Positions 46,801 to 52,378 of a stretch of 64,000 nucleotides of DNA are shown in pieces. The position numbers and the translations under genes were made by a program. Every line of letters starts with the position of its first letter. Positions within the stretch are counted from its first letter, which is position 1. The stretch is from an uncultured Clostridia bacterium (GTDB taxonomy: Bacteria; Bacillota; Clostridia; Christensenellales; Borkfalkiaceae): assembly GCA_947625555.1 (NCBI GenBank), contig CANQOT010000006.1, positions 14,248 through 78,247 on the forward strand, given 5' to 3'. The notes below the pieces were generated by a model. That model was not told the origin of the DNA. It saw only the letters and a program-made list of their open reading frames with translations, and ran no database searches.

Positions 46801-47055
46801 ACCTCGCTCAAGGGCGACATCGTCCTTTCGGACAACGTTATTTCGATCAGCGGCAACGCCTTTGCGGACTGCACGGGGATCGACAGCATCGAGCTCTCGG
46901 CGGGCGTCGGCAACATCGTCAATACCGTCTTTGCGAACTGGACCGCAGATCAGGAGGTCCGCTTCCGCAACAGCGCGTTCGAAGTGTGCGCATCCTGCGG
47001 CGTCGCATGGCTCGTCGACTTCTTGCCGACCGTGGTCTACAACTACGGCGCATAA
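37858..47055 (+). CDS. Giant (3065 aa) lipid-anchored surface protein: Listeria-Bacteroides repeats + Fn3-like domains + very long BspA-type LRR array
   Basis: ATG 37858 (RBS aaaggag). Lipobox LMALGAVLGACGG. Flg_new-type repeats (FIGWYTDNGTFKNPYLF.., FLGWYVSQSY.., FTHWYTGP.., FSGWHFNND..). Fn3-like units marked by A(A/T/E)KY/SY-x-V. LRR_5 units run continuously from about 40440 to 47000. Confidence 0.9.
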   Translation: MKKFAKRFTLAFLAGILMALGAVLGACGGKDPEPSEEQGLYYYDAGTEEYTLELILGNTFTLEMKGKEMTGKYELDGELLTLKVKKGDELSANYYENAVTLTYEEATYRFLKKIDYTVTFQTNGGTAVDAQKVVNGKTVAKPDDPSKTDAATQEDLVFIGWYTDNGTFKNPYLFSQPVTGDLTLYARFVANIHPEFTVKFDAGEGVEAIPDETTVAHKLFAEQLPTPQKKGAEFLGWYVSQSYSKNELSYLYTAEQVLAESTTLYAVWDDGSPVVSVNSAGVEVKLATLGQRYYITILGPDGGVLVNNVTNTGATYPYNFASGAAGKYTITVTIGEKTTTRYFVNKTLARVSVFEVEGDVVLFNAVENAAKYLLSVECGTVGHDHSEIDLGTERSWSFADCDMPENGFVFTVTAVGANGYVNSVSEAFRYKRELKSVTGIKAESAKEQIKWNAVEEATSYVVTIKKGEETVFAQNVGNTTSIDLKYYPKGEYTILVQPVARGWNSPAATSYTYQKTRLGTPKDLTYAENSLEWEASEGAEKYIVTADGEEHICEGTSVSLDELNLNGAIENHKISVRARAQGADDSLESGVITLRTTTLGELTYRGGVLSWDPIIGIDTYEVTVGSDAPVEVTDSSYNVVFHQAGEVTITVKVKDGSISDTKHITVTVYELALQMDREGANPLASLYLADGDPVNPATPEFPGYTFTHWYTGPASVSGRTEFPTNSQFDHTGNVNTLYAGWEANIYTVTFNLGRYGDTSQTLKAVKVRFGDMADIDGNPLPIALSLDTNRVFSGWHFNNDMGIQLTDAKGVFTTKYLQPSDMTLYASYAELFLFTTTTNDNGAKEVSVSAGPAIKQGIVTEARIPERYEGAPIVRVLDFTSCGKLESIDIPGTVTLMVVSGSGNVFDKCTALKAVNIYDVTGVEKVFFSDDGVLYYENSVLGVKELRFFPVAKAGSYEIPAGVEVIQSGAFVNTDKLTSLTISKDVITIETGAFNGCDGLTDLIFESGGTLELTIREGAFDGCDALSSINLPARLKEFDKTTFRNFEGLTTIEVEAGSTFSAIDGLLVQQYGENGGQYEIVFAPRGREFGDYKITDSSIVSIGEEAFYEHKKLTGITIPAWIRNIGTNAFGHLAGTSTSGFGKIVFEGQKGDPDLTIQEKAFYAGYLTTSKIDSGTNSRVDALRLPANLVSLGAYAFGRYSKITEVYVDVDTGDTGKEIDFEENAFCSESGSLMYVTTVHIGAGCPAFSYSGVFGTKLTTVEIDHDNPYVKEENSVVYNIGLTDILFYPNEKEGAYIVPDTVLAIRSSTFANRKGLTEITIPASVTSVGENAFNGCTALKKVTFLEPEGGETAEDLTIEARAFYGCTQLSDIELPDRLVHLGLNCFYNCDGLESIHFPKNLARIDAVAETSSTPAHWDIFQGCNNLKNVTVDEANENYTAIDGVIYGLEEFKIVKDGTKVVEKVPYEAFYCSPGAEGTVTVPGTVRNIATYAFRDINHVEKIVFAPLVDLYDAKSEEDALIDIELTFQKYAFYGFNTDSATYGSYNQSVKEVVFPQGIKEMGDYLLYSFKGITKLTIPNTVTSIHPKAFYGCYALADVTFEEGGEEPLVLEDGLSEGGGSEGSNIYGVFADYWSGMSTTPSVNRFEHIKTIHFPKRLQRLGKNTFYYSKVEEVTFAPGTENLEIGNSAFYRCSNLDPDFVIPEGTISIGESVFSYVSLNKIELPSTLKTLADYAFSSVKLLQPQETFIVPANVVSIGSYIFSSIPTVKFKTIDFSKATKLASIGNYAFSGQNQLTSVKFAPQSANPVPLTIGNSAFATATALESITIPAYVTSLGNYVFQNDSALRTVTFDTYTEGDKQGKSDLASIGQQAFSKSGVTKIVFPESTAEELTLGDKLFSFCTKITEVTVPNSVHDINNVFTGCGSLKTITIAEGSDYFSNKGDLPVLYDAQGNSVLYVFAEVKGDFGTIGGTTIGEGAFNGQASITKLTIASTVQEIGASAFANCINLEEVVFEQGSALTKIGANAFENCFKLRSINLQICTNLTAIPGYLFKNCPSLKEITLPSSVTSLAAYALSYVGAETIDLSACTGLTDLANYTFGYDRQLTDIKLPASIEFLGQNTFRYCDSLTELDLSMTKVVHISNTKGSAQAEASSPASLGVFGSENLETVRLPATIKSIGNGTFSGANSLKYVYIGNLEANDFTTVEKFLYGAFAHSGITSAKIAGTSTFITKVRNSATTTTSLKGTFSGCANLTKVEIVSPENLTSIPDDMFGGCASLSEFNFTSLINLTSIGKFAFLGCGFESIDLSKCVGGSSFLGAEGAFQNCTQLSSVKLPATVGTMGNKVFMNTGFVNIDLKDFAGVTKFGTYAFADCIALETVHFPAKVPTLNTYMFNGCTELDTVTFEEGFKAEFQNYMFGSCSSLEHIDLSNVDITKFGTYTFNKCVSLQEIDLSNCSAVALGNYMFDGCENLTSVKLSNKLNYIGTYSFRNCISLETLDLSQTQLKIISTSATTNVTYSTAAHTFENCTSLHTLKLPEGITQIAGQVFLNCTSLKTIENLDFANLTAIGKEAFRNSGITGTVTLGSGLTVLGEYAFVGCEGIAAFTGSASGVHMASTTDAFDIAGESNGLLTATNTADGVKTVVGLPKDVGVTDDTLSLTGDFTLGAYIFDGFTLTGVTKLDLSGLTATAIPNYAFANSSFTEIVLPDTITTIGTYAFDGAANLTTVNLPQGLLSIGNYAFRDCVSLADVTLPEGIETLGTYLFQNCTSLTKINIPASLKAIPNYAFAGTSLTDLKIPETLESIGMYAYQSTKLGDVVIPATLTKLGEYAFQLSTIKSVTFEGSTIEPVDTNGAPYTIAYWFDQCAELKDVDFGPRTVIYSREFQKSGIEEITIPATIQSFSGGYVFWECQNLTTVTFKSNPIDGSSSVPSYLFKDCTALTTVELPEDLVTIGSSMFENCPMLTNITIPETVTTINGSAFKGCTSLKGDIVLSDNVISISGNAFADCTGIDSIELSAGVGNIVNTVFANWTADQEVRFRNSAFEVCASCGVAWLVDFLPTVVYNYGA

Positions 47056-47097
47056 AGCGATCAAAGCGTAACTTTCGGTAAAATTTACCCAAGAAAA

Positions 47098-47147
47098 GCG
47101 TCTCCCCCCGCGAATTTCCCTCAAAGATCTTCGCGGAGGGTCTACGC
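47098..47147 (+). other. Imperfect GC-rich hairpin without U-tract between the giant gene and the MoxR operon
   Basis: gcgtctccccccgcgaa (47098-47114) pairs with ttcgcggagggtctacgc (47130-47147). The inner 7 bp are perfect and the outer part is mismatched. No recognisable promoter lies in 47056-47190. Confidence 0.3.
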
Positions 47148-47190
47148 ATTTCATACGGAGAACAAAAAAATGTCAAAAGGAGCGAACAAT

Positions 47191-48405
47191 ATGGAAAAGA
47201 AAACGCTATTCAAGAAATACCATAGACGTATCGTGAAAGAGGGGATCTTGAAGTCGCTCTTCTACGGACTCATCGCGGGCAGCGGCGCGCTTCTCATCTC
47301 ATCGCTTTTCAGTTGGTTCTTCGGCTTCCGCGAGGGGATCTGGCTCTCGATCGCACTCTTCGCCGTCGGGCTTGCGGCAACTTCTCTCCCGCTCTACTTC
47401 TTGAAGTTCCGCCCCACGACCAAACAGATCGCGGTCCGCGTGGATGCCTTGGGGCTCGAAGAACGTCTGCTCACCATGATCGAGCTCGAAAACGACGATA
47501 GCTACATCGCAGCCCGGCAGAGGGACGACGCCATCCGCGCCATGAACTCCGTCGATTCGATGTTGCTCAAGATCGTCGTCTCCGTCGCACTCATCACAAT
47601 GCTCGTCGTCTCCCTCGTCATAGGGCTTGTGGGCGGCACCGCCGTCTCCTCGCTCTACTATGCGGGCGCGATCGAAAGCGGGGTGGACCTCATCGAAGGG
47701 CCCGAACACTTCTACACCTTCACCTGCCAATATAAGATGGGCACGCAGGCGGACTCGGGCATGATCGTGCTCTGGACAGATACCCTCGCCTCCACCGCGG
47801 GAGACCCCTACGACCCGCTCGCAGGGCTCGAAGCGGTGGATACCGCGATCAAAGTGAAGGAAGGGGAGGATGCTCCCGCCGTCTATGCCATCCCCGCATT
47901 CGGGTATGCGTTCGCGGGCTGGTCGGACGGTGTCACCGATCCCTACCGGCAGGATACGAACGTGCTCGGCAATATCGACGTCTCGGCGCGCTTCATCGCC
48001 ATAGGCATCAGTGTGGAGGATCCCGTTGGAGATTTTTACATGGATCCGAATGGCGAACCCGGCAACAACAACGGCAACGACAATTCGGGCAATCTCCGGC
48101 TTCCGCCCCTCAGGGATCAGAATGAGCCCGAAGATCCCAACGAGGATGACGAGGACGAGAAACGTAACGACGATCCCACCCAGCAGATCCAAGACGGGAA
48201 ACACTTCTACGGCGATTCCTTCGAAGATTCCTATGGCGATGCGCAGGACCGTCTCGGTTCCGACAGCAACATTCCCGACGAGCTCAAGGGTTGGATCTCC
48301 GATTACTACGGAAACATCGGTACGGGCGGTTCCGATCAAGGCGGCGGAACGGGCGGCGAAGGCGGCGAAGGCGGCATTGGCGGCGGCTCGAATACAAATC
48401 CCTGA
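47191..48405 (+). CDS. 3-TM membrane protein with extracellular Listeria-Bacteroides-type repeat and acidic/Gly-rich tail
   Basis: 404 aa from ATG 47191 (RBS aaaggag). TM hairpin at the N-terminus and a third TM (IVVSVALITMLVVSLVIGLVGG). FAGWSDGVTDPYRQD repeat. Tail NEPEDPNEDDEDEKRNDD...GGGTGGEGGEGGIGGG. Confidence 0.75.
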   Translation: MEKKTLFKKYHRRIVKEGILKSLFYGLIAGSGALLISSLFSWFFGFREGIWLSIALFAVGLAATSLPLYFLKFRPTTKQIAVRVDALGLEERLLTMIELENDDSYIAARQRDDAIRAMNSVDSMLLKIVVSVALITMLVVSLVIGLVGGTAVSSLYYAGAIESGVDLIEGPEHFYTFTCQYKMGTQADSGMIVLWTDTLASTAGDPYDPLAGLEAVDTAIKVKEGEDAPAVYAIPAFGYAFAGWSDGVTDPYRQDTNVLGNIDVSARFIAIGISVEDPVGDFYMDPNGEPGNNNGNDNSGNLRLPPLRDQNEPEDPNEDDEDEKRNDDPTQQIQDGKHFYGDSFEDSYGDAQDRLGSDSNIPDELKGWISDYYGNIGTGGSDQGGGTGGEGGEGGIGGGSNTNP

Positions 48406-48441
48406 CTTCATAAAAGAAATCCAATAAAAGAGAGATACAAA

Positions 48442-49437
48442 ATGGTAACAGAAAACGACATCACCCAATTCAGCGAACAATGCAACAAGATCTTCGAGCA
48501 ACTCGCACGCGACGTCATCGGACAGGAAAAGGTCGTGCAGGGCACCGTCATTGCGATGATCGCGGGCGGCAACGTGCTTTTGGAAGGTGTGCCCGGCGTC
48601 GGCAAGACGCGTCTTGTGAGAAGCCTCGGCAGGGTGTTCTCCCTTCCCTTCTCCCGTATCCAGTTCACGCCCGACCTCATGCCCGCCGACGTCACGGGTA
48701 CCAACATCATCATCAAGGACGAGAAGGGCAACTCGACGTTCTCCTTCCAGCCCGGTCCCATCTTCTCGAACATCATCCTCGCCGACGAGATCAACCGTGC
48801 GACCCCCAAGACGCAGTCCGCCCTTTTGGAGGCGATGCAGGAGCACACGGTCACGGTCATGGGCGTTTCGAGAAAGCTCAACGAGCCCTTCTTCGTCCTC
48901 GCGACGCAGAACCCCATCGAGCAGGACGGTACCTATCCGCTTCCCGAAGCGCAGATGGACCGCTTCATGTTCAAACTTCTCGTGCCCGATCCCTCGCTCG
49001 ACGAGCTGCTTCAAATCGTCAATCTGACGCAGAAGACGATGGCGGAGGTCGCGGATGCGGCTTGCACGGGCGAAGAACTTTTGAAGATGCGCGAGATCGC
49101 CTCCCAGATCCCCGTAGCGGAAGATGTCTTGAAATACGCGATGTACCTCGTCGCGGCGACGCACCCCGAAGGCGAATGTGCGACGGATGCGGCGAAAAAA
49201 TACATCCGCGTCGGCGCATCCCCCCGTGCGGGACAGGCGATCATCTCCGCGGCAAAGGTCCTTGCCCTCATCAAGGGCAGGTTCAACGTTGCCTATAACG
49301 ATCTGATCGAACTCGCTTACCCCGTTCTCCGTCATAGGATCAAGCTCAACTTCGAGGCGGTCGCAGACCGTATCTCGGCAGACGAGGTCATCTCCATGGT
49401 CATCGGAGAGGTTGAAAAAAAGTACAAAAAATCCTAA
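48442..49437 (+). CDS. MoxR-family AAA+ ATPase
   Basis: 331 aa. Walker A LLEGVPGVGKT, RIQFTPDLMPADVTG, Walker B ILADEINRATPKTQSALLEAMQE. MoxR-type C-terminal lid. Confidence 0.92.
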   Translation: MVTENDITQFSEQCNKIFEQLARDVIGQEKVVQGTVIAMIAGGNVLLEGVPGVGKTRLVRSLGRVFSLPFSRIQFTPDLMPADVTGTNIIIKDEKGNSTFSFQPGPIFSNIILADEINRATPKTQSALLEAMQEHTVTVMGVSRKLNEPFFVLATQNPIEQDGTYPLPEAQMDRFMFKLLVPDPSLDELLQIVNLTQKTMAEVADAACTGEELLKMREIASQIPVAEDVLKYAMYLVAATHPEGECATDAAKKYIRVGASPRAGQAIISAAKVLALIKGRFNVAYNDLIELAYPVLRHRIKLNFEAVADRISADEVISMVIGEVEKKYKKS

Positions 49438-49454
49438 ATAAAGGCTGAATATAA

Positions 49455-50354
49455 GTGAAAGGTTCCCTCTTAAACGACGCGTTCTTCTCGAGACTCGAGA
49501 CGATGTCGTTGAATTTGAAATCCTCCCTTGCCGGTTATTTCGGCGGAAAACACCTTGTCCGTACCTATGGGCAGACGGTGGAATTTGCCGATTTCAGAGA
49601 ATACCAGCTCGGAGACGATATTCGCCGCATCGACTGGAATCTGTTCAGCCGTTTCGAGAAGTACTTTTTAAGGCTCTATACCGATGAGAGGCAGATGCAG
49701 GTCCAGCTGTTTTTGGATTGTTCCGCATCCATGGGGAGCGCGGATCCGCGCAAGGCGGCCTATGCCGTTGCCGCGACCGCCGCACTCGGCTTTTTGGCCG
49801 TGCAGAACATGGATAAACTTACCATCAACTTTATGCGGGGCGACCAAGCGATCAACCCCTTCGGCACGATGGTGGGCAAGAATGCCTTCTTCCGTGCGAT
49901 GGGGGAGCTCGAAGAGACGGTGTTCGAGGGTGAGACGGATATCGAAAAGGCCGTCAAGAGCTGCACGGATACGGGCGAGAACAACGGGCTTTCCGTCATC
50001 ATCACCGATTTCTTTACCGATAGCGATTGGAAGAAAGCCGTCGATTACCTCCTCTATAAGAAGCGGCAGGTCCTCCTCTTGCAAATCCTCACGCGCGAAG
50101 AGGCGGATCCCGTCTACGACGGACGCGTCAACCTCATCGACTCGGAATCCGTCGATGCTTCGGATACGCGCAACATGAAGATCAGGATCACCCGTGCGAT
50201 GCAGGATGCCTACTTTGAGGCATTCCGTGATTTTGAGGAGGATATCCGCTCGTTCGCAAAGAAGCGGGGGGCGAATTTCCTCACCGTACGTACAGACGAG
50301 GCGATCGAGCGTGTCCTCTTCGGAGAGCTCTTAAAGGTAGGTGTTATGTCATGA
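49455..50354 (+). CDS. DUF58 domain protein (MoxR-associated)
   Basis: 299 aa from GTG 49455. Hallmark EFADFREYQLGDDIRRIDWN, followed by a degenerate VWA-like fold (LFLDCSASMG). Confidence 0.85.
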   Translation: MKGSLLNDAFFSRLETMSLNLKSSLAGYFGGKHLVRTYGQTVEFADFREYQLGDDIRRIDWNLFSRFEKYFLRLYTDERQMQVQLFLDCSASMGSADPRKAAYAVAATAALGFLAVQNMDKLTINFMRGDQAINPFGTMVGKNAFFRAMGELEETVFEGETDIEKAVKSCTDTGENNGLSVIITDFFTDSDWKKAVDYLLYKKRQVLLLQILTREEADPVYDGRVNLIDSESVDASDTRNMKIRITRAMQDAYFEAFRDFEEDIRSFAKKRGANFLTVRTDEAIERVLFGELLKVGVMS

Positions 50355-52366
50355 TGCAGTTACTATTGCCGTTGGGGCTTCTGTCCCTTCTCGGCGTCAT
50401 CGCACTCATCATCATCTATATCATCAAGCCCAATTACCAGCTCAAACATGTCTCGAGTACCCATATCTGGAAATTGAGTTTGAAATACAAGAAAAGACGT
50501 CTGCCCACGAGCAAATTGCGCGATATTTTGCTCTTTATCTTGCAGGCGCTCATTCTCGTGGCAATGGCCTTGATCTTGGCGAAGCCCGCCATCGTGTTTG
50601 AGAGCCAGGGCGACGCGAACGAACTCATCGCCGTGATCGATTCCTCGATGAGCATGTACACAAGTGCGCAGGACGGGACTACGCGCTTCACCCGCGCAGT
50701 GGATAAAGCCATTGCGGACTGCAACAGCGTATTCGGCGCGGAGGGGCAGGTCTCCGTCATCCTCGCCGACGATTCGCCCGAATTTCTCTATCAGCGGGAA
50801 TCCGCCGAGAATAGGAGCACGGTCATCCGTAAACTCAACGAGCTCAAGGGCGACGAAGAGGGGAAGGTGGCATGTTCCTATGGAAAGTCCGATCTCGACA
50901 AGGCGATGGAGCTGAGCGAGGCGGTGCTCGCACAAAACCCGAACGCGCAGGTCAAGATCTACACGGATAAGAATTACGAATATGTGCCCGACGACGTCAC
51001 CATCGTGCCCGTGGGCGGAGAGGATGAGAGCGAAGGGGCGTTCAACGTCGCCATTCTCGATGCACGGGCGGAATACGATGACGGCTATTACACGCTCACC
51101 GTCGAGCTCGCATGCTACGGCGCGACACGTTCCGTCGATCTGAACGTCGTCGTGTATGGCGCAAACGCCGTGGATGCGGATGAAGGCGGCGTGGACCGCC
51201 CTCCCATCACGCACACCGTGTTCTGCGACGGCGACCGCACGAAGACGGTCATCTTCCGCAACGGCGGCGGGGAGGAGACGCAGGATATCTTCTATCACGA
51301 TCTCGAGGCGACGCAGCGGTTCTACACCTTCCGTTCCATCGAGGTCTTCGTGGACGAAGAGGACAGCCTCAAGATCGACAACAGCTTCTATATCTACGGC
51401 GGACTTAAAGAAGTCCTGAAAGTGCAATATGCGAGCGGCGACAATTCGCAGGTAGGCGCCAACCCCTTCGTCAACGGCGTGCTTCCCGTCATGGTCGACG
51501 CCTTTGCCGATCGTTGGGACATCAAGGTCACCGAGGTCCAGAAGGGCGCAGAGCCCGCACTCACCGGCTTCGACTTCTACATCTTCGAGCACACCATGCC
51601 CGAGGCGCTTCCTACGGACGGCGTAGTCCTGCTTCTCGACCCGTCCACCGCGCCCATCGGATCGGATATCTATGTGCGAAGGCAGGTATCGCTCGGATCC
51701 GCATATACGACCCTCAAAATTTCCGAAGGCGCGGAGGATCATCCCTTGCTCCGCAACATCAATGCGGGCAGCATACAGGTGAGCGCCTATCGCGAGATCG
51801 ACCATGCCACCGATTACAAGGTTCTCATGACGTTCGGCAACGGCGCCCCCGCGCTGATCGCCCGCAACGAGAAGAACAGCAAGACGGCGGTCATGGGATT
51901 CAGCGTGCACAATTCCACCTTCGTCATGTTGCCCGACTGGACCCTCATGTGGTACAATCTCTTCGATTACTTCCTTCCCTCTACGGTGGTGGGGAGCACC
52001 TTCGAGATCGGAGAAAACATCGTGGTGAACGGCCGCGGCGAGAAAGTGATCTTCGAAAACGCACAGTCGATGGACGACCCCGAAGAGATCACGGACTTCC
52101 CGCATATCATCGATTCGATCGAAACGCCGGGCACCTATACGTTCGACGTTACGACGTACTTCGGGAAAAAGGCGCCGACGGAGCGCATCTTCGTGCGTCC
52201 GCCCAGAGAGGAGAGCAACATCTTCTATGTGGAAGAGGCGCTCACGGATCCCTATGCGGAGAAAGATATCATCCAAAACTACGACGATCTTCTCGTCTAC
52301 TTCGCCGCCGCGCTCGTCGGCTTGCTCTTTGTGGAGTGGGCGATCAAATCCATACAAAAATCATAA
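50351..52366 (+). CDS. BatA-like membrane protein: N-terminal double-TM (BatA_N) + VWA domain + C-terminal TM
   Basis: 671 aa. ATGA overlap with the DUF58 gene. N-terminus MMQLLLPLGLLSLLGVIALIIIYIIKP. MIDAS DSSMS (Asp codon at 50639). C-terminal TM LLVYFAAALVGLLFVEWAI. Confidence 0.8.
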   Translation: MMQLLLPLGLLSLLGVIALIIIYIIKPNYQLKHVSSTHIWKLSLKYKKRRLPTSKLRDILLFILQALILVAMALILAKPAIVFESQGDANELIAVIDSSMSMYTSAQDGTTRFTRAVDKAIADCNSVFGAEGQVSVILADDSPEFLYQRESAENRSTVIRKLNELKGDEEGKVACSYGKSDLDKAMELSEAVLAQNPNAQVKIYTDKNYEYVPDDVTIVPVGGEDESEGAFNVAILDARAEYDDGYYTLTVELACYGATRSVDLNVVVYGANAVDADEGGVDRPPITHTVFCDGDRTKTVIFRNGGGEETQDIFYHDLEATQRFYTFRSIEVFVDEEDSLKIDNSFYIYGGLKEVLKVQYASGDNSQVGANPFVNGVLPVMVDAFADRWDIKVTEVQKGAEPALTGFDFYIFEHTMPEALPTDGVVLLLDPSTAPIGSDIYVRRQVSLGSAYTTLKISEGAEDHPLLRNINAGSIQVSAYREIDHATDYKVLMTFGNGAPALIARNEKNSKTAVMGFSVHNSTFVMLPDWTLMWYNLFDYFLPSTVVGSTFEIGENIVVNGRGEKVIFENAQSMDDPEEITDFPHIIDSIETPGTYTFDVTTYFGKKAPTERIFVRPPREESNIFYVEEALTDPYAEKDIIQNYDDLLVYFAAALVGLLFVEWAIKSIQKS

Positions 52367-52378
52367 AGGAGGAAGAAG

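Noticed and set aside
38587-47154. Long minus-strand ORFs inside the giant LRR gene (38587..41253, 41389..42351, 42487..44499, 44560..45690, 46054..47154).
   Set aside because: They lie antisense to a gene with clear LRR/Flg_new motifs, a lipobox and an RBS. Their translations are Arg/Gly/Ala/Asp/Val-rich and low in information, with no motifs, no RBS and no signal. This is the usual stop-codon-poor antisense frame of high-GC coding DNA.
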